Assembly (NCBI GenBank): GCA_041730635.1
Contig: JBGSBH010000001.1
Coordinates: forward strand, 1-32,678
DNA: 32,678 bases
Source: Cypionkella sp.
Lineage (GTDB): Bacteria; Pseudomonadota; Alphaproteobacteria; Sphingomonadales; Sphingomonadaceae
Direction: 5' to 3'
Each line of letters begins with the position of its first letter. The stretch's first letter is position 1. Shown piece after piece: positions 7,190 to 16,710 of this stretch. Below the pieces are notes generated by a model. The model saw only the letters and a list, made by a program, of their open reading frames with translations, was not told the origin of the DNA and made no database searches. A program made the translations under genes and the position numbers.

Positions 7190-9610
7190 CTAGGCCATAG
7201 CCTCGAGCAGGTCCGCGGTGTCGAAGTTGAGAAGGAACTGCGCATAGGAGGCACTGAACAGATCCGAAATGTATTCCGAGACATCAACATCCCGGCTGGT
7301 CTCCCCGTCCTTACGCTGCAGATCATACTTTCGCGACTTGGTGGTCGCGAAGAGAAACAGGGTATGGAAATAGACAGAGCTGATGTAGCGGCGCTCGGCC
7401 AGCTCGACGGCTTCCGACGATCTAACGCTCGAATTAAAGTCCTTCAGCACCTTGCTGTCGACGTTGATGCATATGCGCGACAGCTTGTCCTCCTCGACGA
7501 AGGGGTAGACAACGGTCTCATAGTCCATCTCCACGCCCGCCTCGGCGATCTCCTCCCATGACTTGAGCCCCGGCCCGCCCTCGCGTGAGCACAGGACGAG
7601 CTCAGGTATGCCGAGCGGCGGCTCGACATCTGGCTCCTTGCGCGGAGGTTTCTGCTCGGGATCGGTAATTCGAACCAAGAGTGTCTCGGTAAGATCCCCT
7701 TGCGGGCTTGTGAGTGTTGCGTGCAGCTCGACGGCATCACCGACCTTCATCTCGGCCGTCGCGCGCACACCCACCTTGATCGTGCCGTCGACAGGGCTCG
7801 CGCGAACGACATCCAGGAGGTCACCCTCGCCTGCCAAGTCCGGAGTGCCGCCTCCACTTTGGCCCTTGCCTGAAGGGCGCATGACCGCGAGCTTCATGTC
7901 GCCGGGATCATCGGTCCGATCGAAATACTCGTTCTCAACGTCGGTCGCGAACGAGATTGTGCGGTTGCCGCCCTGCGGCAGCTTAAAAAGCTTGAGCCCC
8001 TTCTCCGCCGCGTCGCCACCCTTGACCCGGAACGCGGAAGGGTAGCGTTGCGGATGAAACGGGGGCACCTCGCGAGGTTCGCGTTTTGGCTTCTGCCGCT
8101 CGTCGCGCTCCTCTTTCTGCGCTGTGCCCGGCTTCTGGCCAGGAAGGTCGAAGGTTTGACGCAGGATCTTCGTCAGCGCATCGTTCATCGGCATGTTGCG
8201 GGTCAGGTCCCGGAGCATCTTGCCTGCGTCAGCATCGTCGACGTTGAGGCTCGACTTCCGCCGCTTCGCGATCTCCTTGAGGTCGCTGTCGGCGAGGATC
8301 TCACGCAGATGCTTTCGGATCGCATCCGCCTTGTCGCCAGCCTTGAGCCGATCGCGAGACGCCATGAACAGTTCGTTGCGGACCTCCAGGTCGAGACGCG
8401 AGCAGTCGACGTGGATGAGCAGGTAGTCCTTGAGAAGCGGCATCTTAAGAGCGCGGGTGACGAACTCAGATGAATATGAGCCGTGCACCTGGCCGTTCAA
8501 AGAGAACAGCACGGTCATGCCGTTCTTGAAATACTCGCGCTGAATGTACTGCTTCGTCTCTTTGACACCCTGGCCGCGCGAGCGCGCCTTGAATACGTAG
8601 ACGGTGACACGAAGCTCGCCCAGCTCCGCTGTTCTCGAAACCTCCGAGAACCGCGTTTCGACCGTTTCGGTGTCCGCCTCCAGACGGCGCTTCAACCCGT
8701 AAACCGGCGTGATCGGCGCTCGGTTGTCCGGATACCGCTGGTTGTTGTCGACTGTCAGGAAAGGCAACGCCGGCTCGAACAGGAACTCGTTTAGACTGAG
8801 ATTCAAGTCGCGCGAGATGATCGACCGCGCGCCCTCCGGCAGCCGATAGGAATAAAGCTTCAGCAGCGAGCCTGTCGTGAACCGTCGCCCTTCCAGGCCG
8901 ACGTCCAACTCGCCGATGTCGACCGCAGCGACCTTCCCGTCGAATACGAGATACTCATACCAGGTGTTCTTGCGATTGGCCGCCTGCGCGAGCTTCGGTG
9001 GGTGCCGCCGCAGCAGAGTGAAACCGAGCGGCTGCGACCCGTCGTAGCGCTTGCTGGCGACCAGCTGGAAGCGGCGGTCGCCGCAGAAGGCGATCGCCCC
9101 GGCGCCGCCCATATTGTACTTGCCCTGCACGAAGTGGACATCGTTCTTGTTGCCGCGGAGCAGCGACAGGAACGTGCCCGGGAAGGCCTCTGGCGCTTGG
9201 CCAACCCCGTTGTCGTAGACAAGCAGCGAAGTGTCACGGCGCGGGCCGCTTGCCACGATCTGGAGATCGCGGGCCTGTCGGCGCCGAGCGTCCCCCAGGT
9301 CCCAGTTGCGGTGATCCGGGAAATAACGATCGAGTGCGTCAGCCACGCTGCGCGGCGCCTGAGCGGACCGGATGTCGATCCCGTCCTGGAGCACCCTCTT
9401 CTCGAGAATCGCATCGATGCCGTTCGTGATCTTCTCGACGAGAGCCGGAACAGGATGCGCCTGCTGGTTCTCGACGACACCGTAGAAGGACTCGTTGTCG
9501 CCGTAGGGCTTCCATTTGGTGTCGTCGGAAGCGAGCCCCAGGCCGTCCAGGATGGCTTGAACCTCGTCTTCGGTACCGGCGCTCAGTAGGCGCATGAACA
9601 AATCACGCAT
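7190..9610 (-). CDS. GHKL (MORC/Hsp90/MutL-like) ATPase, 806 aa
   Basis: N-box ALVEKITNGIDA, G1 YDNGVG, G2 GKYNMGGAG and TTGSLL motifs, then an S5-like region (FSLNGQVHG...LFMASRDRL) and a long C-terminal region of unknown function. Confidence 0.8.
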   Translation of the reverse strand: MRDLFMRLLSAGTEDEVQAILDGLGLASDDTKWKPYGDNESFYGVVENQQAHPVPALVEKITNGIDAILEKRVLQDGIDIRSAQAPRSVADALDRYFPDHRNWDLGDARRRQARDLQIVASGPRRDTSLLVYDNGVGQAPEAFPGTFLSLLRGNKNDVHFVQGKYNMGGAGAIAFCGDRRFQLVASKRYDGSQPLGFTLLRRHPPKLAQAANRKNTWYEYLVFDGKVAAVDIGELDVGLEGRRFTTGSLLKLYSYRLPEGARSIISRDLNLSLNEFLFEPALPFLTVDNNQRYPDNRAPITPVYGLKRRLEADTETVETRFSEVSRTAELGELRVTVYVFKARSRGQGVKETKQYIQREYFKNGMTVLFSLNGQVHGSYSSEFVTRALKMPLLKDYLLIHVDCSRLDLEVRNELFMASRDRLKAGDKADAIRKHLREILADSDLKEIAKRRKSSLNVDDADAGKMLRDLTRNMPMNDALTKILRQTFDLPGQKPGTAQKEERDERQKPKREPREVPPFHPQRYPSAFRVKGGDAAEKGLKLFKLPQGGNRTISFATDVENEYFDRTDDPGDMKLAVMRPSGKGQSGGGTPDLAGEGDLLDVVRASPVDGTIKVGVRATAEMKVGDAVELHATLTSPQGDLTETLLVRITDPEQKPPRKEPDVEPPLGIPELVLCSREGGPGLKSWEEIAEAGVEMDYETVVYPFVEEDKLSRICINVDSKVLKDFNSSVRSSEAVELAERRYISSVYFHTLFLFATTKSRKYDLQRKDGETSRDVDVSEYISDLFSASYAQFLLNFDTADLLEAMA

Positions 9611-9842
9611 CAGCGGGGGTACCTACGAGCGGCTGGAGTTGGTCGATGGGTGCTGCGCGCCACGGCCTGCTCCAGGCACCCTGATCTGGACGGGGCATCC
9701 CCGCTCGACCCAGCATCGGAGTTCCACCGCACCGCGGCCAGCAAACGCGATCATTTTGTCATCCCCCCATCATTACGGTCCGTGCGGGTCGGGCCGTGAG
9801 TGCCGCCCCGAAGGGCGCCGCTGCCGCTAACGTTTTCGAATT

Positions 9843-10670
9843 TCACAAAGAGCAGATCAGGCAGCCATCGCGCAGAGCCGGATCATCCTGAGGCTCCAAA
9901 CCACCGAGCGACTCCACCAGCGGAACGTTGCGGCGCTTCGCGCGGGCCCTAGCCTGCGACGCCTCCCAGTTCTCCCTGATCTGCTGCATGCGCTCGGGCT
10001 GTTCCAGCTCCGCCAAGCTTTCGTTCTGGCACCAGTAGAACTGCTCGCCGAACTGCACGGCGCGCTCCTCATACTCCTTCGCGCGGTCGAACAGCTCGGG
10101 GTGGGTCTCGCGCAGCCGAACCCACTCGATCTTCTGCTGATAGAAGCAAAAGAAACAGCCAGACCTCGACCGGCCCCAATCCATGTACGGCGGCAGGCCC
10201 AAGCCTGAGTCTTCAAGGATGCGGATGATGTCTGCACGCACGAGGCCATCCTCCCGGAAGGGATAGACAGCCGTGATATTCGGCTTGGTGCTGATGTAGC
10301 CCACCCGCTTCTCGTCGGCCCGCAATCCCACGTAGTTCACGACAGGGCCGTCGCCGATATAGTTCTCGAAGGGCTTAAGCTTCAGCACCTTCGTGCACCA
10401 TCTGCGATGGTTCGACGGCAGCATCCCCCGATACACCGTCAGCCAGTGGTCGAACGTGTCGACCGGCGAGGTCCTTACAATCGGTTTGCCCAGGATCGCT
10501 TCCAGACGCGCGAGGTAGTCGTAGGTCTCGGGCAGCTCCTTGTCGGTGTCGTGAAAGATGTATTCCATCTCCGGCACGCGATCGCGCAGGTAGATTGCCA
10601 GCGCCGCGCTGTCCTTGCCACCAGACAGGCTGAGTACGTGCCGCACTGACGCGTCGGAGGCGGCGGTCAC
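9843..10670 (-). CDS. sspD: PAPS-reductase family protein of the Ssp phosphorothioation module (SspD/BrxP-like)
   Basis: PP-loop SLSGGKDS, RWCTKVLK, GLRADE, RSGCFFC and C-terminal CLIC. GTGA overlap with the upstream ATPase stop. Confidence 0.85.
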   Translation of the reverse strand: MTAASDASVRHVLSLSGGKDSAALAIYLRDRVPEMEYIFHDTDKELPETYDYLARLEAILGKPIVRTSPVDTFDHWLTVYRGMLPSNHRRWCTKVLKLKPFENYIGDGPVVNYVGLRADEKRVGYISTKPNITAVYPFREDGLVRADIIRILEDSGLGLPPYMDWGRSRSGCFFCFYQQKIEWVRLRETHPELFDRAKEYEERAVQFGEQFYWCQNESLAELEQPERMQQIRENWEASQARARAKRRNVPLVESLGGLEPQDDPALRDGCLICSL

Positions 10671-13600
10671 TTGCGCCTTCTCTCGGCATGCTGGGCCACC
10701 GCCTCAGGTTGCGCCGCGGCGTCGAGATCCGCCCACATCAAGTGGGCGAGCAGTTGAAGCCGCATGAGGCGATCCTGCGGAAGCCGCCCACGGATCAGCT
10801 CGGCTTCAGCGGCCAGGTCGCGATCGTCGGGACGCGGCTCGATGACCCGCATGCGATCCTCGCCATCACCACGGGTAAGATTAAGCCGTAACGCCTCCGC
10901 GACGGGTGTGCCGCCTTCGCCGAGAAAGGCTGTCCCCTCCACTTTGTGGAAGAGCTCAGCCAGCGCGCCGATCTCCTCTCCGAAGCGCGTCTCATCACCC
11001 GGGGCCCACCGGGCCGGCGGTTTCGCGACCACGAAGCTCGCCAGCGCCTCCGCCCAAGCTTCGTCGGACAGGCCAGGGTCGCGCAACCGCAGCGCAAAGG
11101 TCCGCAAACGCGGCTCGCGCGCCGCGAGCGATACGCGAGCGGCACGCGAGGCCAGACGAGCGCGATCGAAGGTGGCCGCCTCCGAACCGCTTGCCTGGGC
11201 GACCTGAGCAATGATCCGCGCGAGCAGCTCAGGGTAAGCGCCACGGAGCTCCCCGACTGCGACGTGTAGCGCGGACACGAAGCGCCGAACGCGCTCGCCA
11301 TCGCTCTCCTCGTCGGGCGAGAACGCCTCGACCCCGCATGCTTTCGGGAGGTCTGTGAAGAGCATCGTGGCCGGCTCCCGCGCGGACAGCAAAGCGTCGC
11401 GCACGCCGAGCGCCTCACGGCTGAGCGACGTACAGCGCCTGGTGTAGTCGGGGAGCTGGGCTGCGAACTGACAAAGCGGCCGAACGACGTCGAGAATGTC
11501 TGGGGCTCGGCCTTCCGACGGCTTTGAGAAGGCTTGCGCGAGTTCGCTGAAGACCTCGGAGCGCACCCCGGCAATCCGGCAATGCTGCACCTCGAATGTT
11601 GCTGGCGCCTTCGTGAGCCGAAGGAAGTCGGTGGGCCCGAAGCGGTGCAGGAACGTGCCGTGCTCATAGACGGCCAGCTCGTGCGAGCGGGTTCGAAGGA
11701 TGATGGCCAGCAGGAGCGGTGCGACGCCGGCACGTACGCCCCAAGGACTTACTCGCAATCCCTCAAGGATCGTCAGAGCGGAAACGCGGTCACCCCGCGC
11801 GTCTTCGATCATATCGATGATGCGATCGAACGCCGGCCGCAGCCGCAGCGGGTCGTTCTTCGTAGGCTCCACAATCCGGTAGCGGTCGTCGACCTGAACG
11901 TGGATGCCGCCCTTCCGGATCACCGAGAGATACATCGACTTCTCTGGCGGCGCCTTCACGGGGTCGATCCCGAGCAGGGGATCGTCCGGTGCATTGAACA
12001 GGCCCTCAATGAGGCGCATCCGCGCGCCGGCAGCCGCGCTGCTCAACGTATTCCGGTTGAGCAGCTCGTTCGAGATCTTTGGGGCCTTCGGATAGAGATC
12101 ATCACAGACCTCCGAGAGGAGCGCCGTCAGCCCACCGCGTTTCGGCGAGCGGACGGTCTCGCCCGCGCGGTACCAGCAAACATCGGTCGCGACCCCGCTC
12201 CGTAGGCCCAGGAGCTCTTCCAAGCGGGTGGCCAGGGCGCGACGCGCACTGGTGAGCTGCCGGGCGACTTCGGCGGCCGCATAGGCGTCATCCGCGAGCT
12301 GCGGCGTGTTGTCAGCGACCCACTGCCAGCATCTCAAATCCTGAAGCTCCGGCGCCAACCCTAGGAGAGGCTGGGTGATGCCGACGATCACATCCTTCCG
12401 CTCGTTATAAGGAGCATCGCCCGCCCCCTTAAGCGCGAGTTCGCGCTCCTGCTCGGTATCCGCGAGCGCGATCACAATCGCGCCATCTCCCTCGGGGGCC
12501 TTCTTCAGACTGTCCTTGAGGGCTGCGGCCGCTGCATAGCGCAATTCGAAGTACCGGAGCGTCCCCTTCTCGACATAGTGGCGGCGAGCAAGCACCGGCT
12601 CTTTATCCAGGAACGGCTCGATGGCGCCAGCAACGGTCTCGACCGGCCCGAGTGCACGAACAGCCTTGTCGAGCGCTGCATCCAGGCTGACGCTGGAGTT
12701 CGGCCAGAGCCGCAACGCGCCTGCGAGTCCACGCTGAAAGAGGAAGCCTCGATCGCGCAATTGAGCCAGGGCGGCCTGCACCTTCTCGCCCGGCAAGTGT
12801 GAGAAGGCGGCGACCAGCGCCGCGGTCGTCGGAAGAAGGTCGTCGGCGTCGACCAAATTGAGGATCGCGACGGCCTTGAGGAGCTCCATCTCGAGCGCGC
12901 TGGCCTCAGTGATGCCGTCGATCGTCTCGGCGATGCGAACCCAGTGGCTGCGATAGCTGGCACCTGCCAAGCGATGCCCGAACGAAGCTCGGACATAGTC
13001 ATAGAATTCCGCCAAGCCGTACCAGACTTCAGCGCCCGGCTTCCGACTGGCAAACGCCTGCAGCCCAAAAGGCTCCGACGACAGAAGAAAACCGAACAGC
13101 GATCGCTCATGCTGACCGAAGCGGGCAAAGAAGCGGACGAGAACTGGCAGCAGCGTCGGATGGAGCGGGTACAGCCGCGCTGCATCGAGCGTCGCGGCTC
13201 CGGTGGTGCCGCCGCCGAGCCATCCGGTCGCCGAAGTGGCCGTTGCCGCTGCTCGCGCCGCGTCTCGGACGGCAGTGGGCAGGCGCTTGGTCTGAACGTC
13301 GAGCGCACCGGCAACGAGCGCGGCGGTATGCGCGAGCGGCTGATCGAAGACGATCTCCTCGAAGCGACCCGCGACCTTGTCCCATTCGTGCTTGGCAACT
13401 GCCGGTAAACGCTCTGCATAGGCTTGGAAGCCTTGGTGCAGCAGCCCCAAGAACACGAAAGGTTGACCTCCGCTGCGAGCTGCCAGCTCGGCGAGCCGCT
13501 GAAGCACGAATACGTCCTCGCGATCCGGATGCTGTGCGGCATGTTCGAGGAACTTGCCCAGCTCATCGATGATCAGGAGAACGCCGGCACCGTCGCTGCC

Positions 13601-14140
13601 CGCCAGCTCCCGGACCTGCCCGATCAACGCTTCGAGGTCGCCTGGCCCGCCGTTCGCCGCGACGTCCTCTGCGCGCAGGCGCAGTGACTCGACCGCGCGG
13701 CTCTTTCGCTTCGCGAGCGATGCCTGACACGCCAGCGCTTCACCGACGCCGCGCGCCAGCGCCGGCACGAGGCTGCCACGCGATCCCGTCACCAAGATCG
13801 GCCACAGTTTCGGGGCGCCATTGGCGAACCGCGCGGTCCAGCCTAAGGCCGCAGCGACCCGGTCGAGCGCGGTGCCGCGTCGGCCACTCAAAAGCTGAGC
13901 CAGCACCAACGCGAAGGAAGACTTGCCAACGCCATAGTCACCGGTGACGCGCCAAGCACGACGCCCGGACGCGATACGAAGGCCGTCTGCGACGCGCGCA
14001 AACGCCTCAGCCATCGAGGGAGTGAGGATATAATTCTCGAGCGCTGCCTCATCGACGAAGTCACGCTCGAGCTGCACCGACCGAAGAAAGCGGTTGGGGA
14101 TCCGGAAAAGGTCGACGATGGCCGCCCCTGCGTCAGACAT
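10667..14140 (-). CDS. sspC: Large P-loop ATPase (SspC/BrxC-like), 1157 aa
   Basis: RFLRSVQLERD N-terminus, Walker A GDYGVGKS, Walker B LLIIDELGK, YPLHP and FGQHERSLFGFL. ATG 14140 with GAGGAG RBS overlaps the DUF4007 stop by 8 nt. Confidence 0.85.
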   Translation of the reverse strand: MSDAGAAIVDLFRIPNRFLRSVQLERDFVDEAALENYILTPSMAEAFARVADGLRIASGRRAWRVTGDYGVGKSSFALVLAQLLSGRRGTALDRVAAALGWTARFANGAPKLWPILVTGSRGSLVPALARGVGEALACQASLAKRKSRAVESLRLRAEDVAANGGPGDLEALIGQVRELAGSDGAGVLLIIDELGKFLEHAAQHPDREDVFVLQRLAELAARSGGQPFVFLGLLHQGFQAYAERLPAVAKHEWDKVAGRFEEIVFDQPLAHTAALVAGALDVQTKRLPTAVRDAARAAATATSATGWLGGGTTGAATLDAARLYPLHPTLLPVLVRFFARFGQHERSLFGFLLSSEPFGLQAFASRKPGAEVWYGLAEFYDYVRASFGHRLAGASYRSHWVRIAETIDGITEASALEMELLKAVAILNLVDADDLLPTTAALVAAFSHLPGEKVQAALAQLRDRGFLFQRGLAGALRLWPNSSVSLDAALDKAVRALGPVETVAGAIEPFLDKEPVLARRHYVEKGTLRYFELRYAAAAALKDSLKKAPEGDGAIVIALADTEQERELALKGAGDAPYNERKDVIVGITQPLLGLAPELQDLRCWQWVADNTPQLADDAYAAAEVARQLTSARRALATRLEELLGLRSGVATDVCWYRAGETVRSPKRGGLTALLSEVCDDLYPKAPKISNELLNRNTLSSAAAGARMRLIEGLFNAPDDPLLGIDPVKAPPEKSMYLSVIRKGGIHVQVDDRYRIVEPTKNDPLRLRPAFDRIIDMIEDARGDRVSALTILEGLRVSPWGVRAGVAPLLLAIILRTRSHELAVYEHGTFLHRFGPTDFLRLTKAPATFEVQHCRIAGVRSEVFSELAQAFSKPSEGRAPDILDVVRPLCQFAAQLPDYTRRCTSLSREALGVRDALLSAREPATMLFTDLPKACGVEAFSPDEESDGERVRRFVSALHVAVGELRGAYPELLARIIAQVAQASGSEAATFDRARLASRAARVSLAAREPRLRTFALRLRDPGLSDEAWAEALASFVVAKPPARWAPGDETRFGEEIGALAELFHKVEGTAFLGEGGTPVAEALRLNLTRGDGEDRMRVIEPRPDDRDLAAEAELIRGRLPQDRLMRLQLLAHLMWADLDAAAQPEAVAQHAERRRK

Positions 14141-15086
14141 ATGCCATCTCCTCTTCGTACACTTCAGCAAGGCTGGGCGCGGAAACGCCCTTGCGGCGCG
14201 ACAACAAGCCTTGGACGGCAGACGGCTGGTAGGTGAACGGGCTTCTCGGGTCGGCGCCATAGGCCTCCAGCCGCGTCCGCACATCGTCCTCGGGCAGCTT
14301 GAAGATCTGTCCCGGTGAGCAGACGCCGACAGTCACCTCTCGCAGCGTCAGCGTGTCCTCGTTCGGCCTGAACCGCGTCCAAAAGTCTGCAAGGCAATAG
14401 GCAAACAGAGCGGCGCTGATCTCGCGCTTGGGCTCGCGTCGGAAGGCAAACACCGTCTCGAAGCGTCCGCTCTCGCCTTTGCGCTCACCGATCGCTTGGA
14501 GGAGCGAAAGCTCCACCAAGGGGCCGTCGAGCGAGTCTTCCAAACCGACGCCGCTTCCTCGCGCTGGATGATAAGTGTGCAGAAATACATCGAGGTGCTG
14601 CGACAAGGTCACTTGGCTGTGCGAATGCCCCAGCCGGAGCGACTCTCGGGTGAACGCCGCAAGCGCTTCGGTGCGCGTAAGCTCCGGGTATGGCCAATGG
14701 TTGAGCAGGAAGCGCCAGGCAAACAGCGCATTCTCGTGCCTGGAGGCAAGCTTCCAATGCAGCAGCCAGAGCGTGCGGACATCCTCGATGAAACGGTCCT
14801 GGCCCCTCGGGCCGAAGATCTCGTGGGCAAACTCGGTAAGCTGCAACGCTCTGCCATCAGGCTTGGCGAGGCCCATCACCTCTGCCCAGAAGCGCAGCGC
14901 CCGCACCATGTTCTTGCCCAACCCGAGTTCCGTGATCGCCGCGTCCTCGTCGGCGAAAAGGGCCGGGTTAGTCGCAAGGCCGCGGTATGCCTTTGGCAGC
15001 CAGGCATAGCGGCACGCGAAGGTCTCATGCCCCGAGAATCTCATCGCGCCTGCTCGTGGCCCGCTCAGTTCAGCGGCGGACATCAC
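14133..15086 (-). CDS. sspB: DUF4007 family protein (SspB/BrxA-like)
   Basis: FSGHETFACRYAWLPK, LGLGKNMVRALRFW, TLWLLHWKLA, PLVELSLL and SPGQIFKL are characteristic of DUF4007. Start is coupled to the desulfurase stop. Confidence 0.88.
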   Translation of the reverse strand: MMSAAELSGPRAGAMRFSGHETFACRYAWLPKAYRGLATNPALFADEDAAITELGLGKNMVRALRFWAEVMGLAKPDGRALQLTEFAHEIFGPRGQDRFIEDVRTLWLLHWKLASRHENALFAWRFLLNHWPYPELTRTEALAAFTRESLRLGHSHSQVTLSQHLDVFLHTYHPARGSGVGLEDSLDGPLVELSLLQAIGERKGESGRFETVFAFRREPKREISAALFAYCLADFWTRFRPNEDTLTLREVTVGVCSPGQIFKLPEDDVRTRLEAYGADPRSPFTYQPSAVQGLLSRRKGVSAPSLAEVYEEEMAYV

Positions 15087-16252
15087 GCATACTCCCTCAC
15101 TTCCGACCGGACGGCGCGCGCGGCCCGAATGATAGCCTCAGCGGCCCGGTCCGCATCCTGCAACGAGGTGCCTCGCCCGGGCGAGATACGAAGCGCCGTC
15201 TCCTGCAGCTCGTCCGACAGTCCCATGGCCCGGAGCACATGCGAGGGCTCCTGCGCGCCGGAGGTGCAGGCTGCTCCGGTCGAGATCGCAACCTCGCGGC
15301 GAAGTCTCGCGACGACGGCATGGTTGGGCGCGCCGGGTACGCTCACATGAAGGTTGTGCGGCAAGCGACGCGCTCGGTCGCCGTTCACCACTAGGTCCGG
15401 GAGTTCCGCCAACAGCGCCGTCTCAAGCCGATCGCGCACCGAGCGAAGATGAGGCTCGAACTCGGCTCGCTCCTCGCGAGCGATGACGCAAGCGAGGCCA
15501 AATCCCGCGGCTCCGGGTACGTTCGTAGTCCCTGCATGCCCGGAGGATTCTTCGGCGGCGTTGCTCCGCGCCGAAGGGCCGACCATCGCACCGATGCCCT
15601 TAGGGCCGTAGAGCTTATGCGCGCTGAGCACGAGGTAATCGATGCCCCAGGAATCAGCCTCGATTGTGACGAGGCCGGCGGCCTGCGTTGCGTCGACAAG
15701 GATTTCCGCCCCTGCATCGCGCGCCAGTTCGGCTGCAGCTTCGATCGGGTAGAGCGTTCCTACCTCGTTGTTGGCCGCCATCATGCACAGGAGATCGGCA
15801 CCAGTCGCAAGAGCGGCCTCAATCCCGCCCAGCTCGACCCGACCGTACCCGTCGATAGGCAGCCAACTTACCCGAGCTGCGTCTATCGACACCAGCCGCT
15901 TAATCGCATCCAGCACGGCTTTGTGCTCGGCGCGCGAAGTGACGATCTGGATCGGCCCATCAAGCTTCGATCGAGCGATCTCCAGCGCGAGGCGGATAGC
16001 CCCCGTAGCGCCCGAGGTGAATCGAACCTGGTCTGGCAACGCACCGACCAGCCCCGCCACTCCGGCGGCGGCATCCTCCACAAGAGCGGACGCCTCCTCA
16101 CCATAAAGATGATCGACGCTCGCGGCATTGCCGAAGCGCGTCGTCATCACATCGACAACAAGAGCCGCGACGCGGGGATCGACCGGTGTGGTAGATTGAT
16201 GATCGAGATAGATCGGGCGGACGTCGCCCGAACGTGTCGCGGCCTCAGGCAT
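15083..16252 (-). CDS. sspA: Cysteine desulfurase (IscS/DndA/SspA-like)
   Basis: IYLDHQSTTP, EHKAV, NNEVG, DATQ, SAHKLYGPKGIG (PLP Lys) and STGAACTSG (catalytic Cys). Directly upstream of DUF4007. Confidence 0.9.
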   Translation of the reverse strand: MPEAATRSGDVRPIYLDHQSTTPVDPRVAALVVDVMTTRFGNAASVDHLYGEEASALVEDAAAGVAGLVGALPDQVRFTSGATGAIRLALEIARSKLDGPIQIVTSRAEHKAVLDAIKRLVSIDAARVSWLPIDGYGRVELGGIEAALATGADLLCMMAANNEVGTLYPIEAAAELARDAGAEILVDATQAAGLVTIEADSWGIDYLVLSAHKLYGPKGIGAMVGPSARSNAAEESSGHAGTTNVPGAAGFGLACVIAREERAEFEPHLRSVRDRLETALLAELPDLVVNGDRARRLPHNLHVSVPGAPNHAVVARLRREVAISTGAACTSGAQEPSHVLRAMGLSDELQETALRISPGRGTSLQDADRAAEAIIRAARAVRSEVREYA

Positions 16253-16586
16253 CGCTCGCCCCGATGCAGGTCGCGGTGAAGCTCGAACGCGTGTCGCCAG
16301 CAGGCTGGTACACGCGAATTTCCACCGAGCGCCCGAGAGTCAGGAGCCAGGAAACGAGCTTGTCGAGGCTCACGCTCGCCGTCCGACCCCGTAGTACCTT
16401 CGAGAGCGTCGGTTGATCGGTGCCGAGAAGACGTGCGGCTTGCACCTGAGTCATACCGCGTTCTGCCATGGCGAGCTGAAGCGCCTCAACGAGCCGCGCT
16501 CGCGCGCCGGCATGGTCCTCCTCAACCTGATCACCCTCGTTTGCCCCCATGCTCGAAAGCCGCTGTCGCGTCGCCTGCCACGCCAT
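16245..16586 (-). CDS. XRE-family HTH transcriptional regulator heading the ssp operon
   Basis: RGMTQVQAARLLGTDQPTLSKVLRGR...SLDKLVSWLLTLGRSVEI. GGAGG RBS; stop overlaps the sspA start by 8 nt. Confidence 0.85.
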   Translation of the reverse strand: MAWQATRQRLSSMGANEGDQVEEDHAGARARLVEALQLAMAERGMTQVQAARLLGTDQPTLSKVLRGRTASVSLDKLVSWLLTLGRSVEIRVYQPAGDTRSSFTATCIGASDA

Positions 16587-16620
16587 TGACGCGCCTCCCC
16601 GGGGTCGAATCCCGTGCGTA

Positions 16621-16650
16621 ACGCTATGGGATATTTTCCATAGAGGTCAA
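16621..16650 (-). promoter_or_regulatory. Putative sigma70 promoter with an embedded palindromic operator
   Basis: Minus strand TTGACC (16650-16645)-N18-TAGCGT (16626-16621). The palindrome CTATGG-N8-CCATAG (16624-16643) spans the spacer and the -10. Confidence 0.55.
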
Positions 16651-16710
16651 TCGAAGTTGATCTTGGATCAGCCCGACCGATCACGTTTCAGTCGCCTCTC
16701 CGGAAAGGCG

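Noticed and set aside
9611-9842. Possible small gene or remnant between sspD and the GHKL ATPase
   Set aside because: Only short ORFs without an RBS; no recognisable SspE fragment or clear promoter.
14141-14284. 48-aa N-terminal extension of the SspC ATPase
   Set aside because: It lies inside sspB; ATG 14140 has a GAGGAG RBS and a typical N-terminus.
9843-16252. Dnd (dndABCDE) system or a housekeeping cysH/iscS locus
   Set aside because: No DndB, DndD or DndE and no Fe-S or sulfate assimilation genes; DUF4007 plus the large ATPase indicate the Ssp/BREX-4 type.
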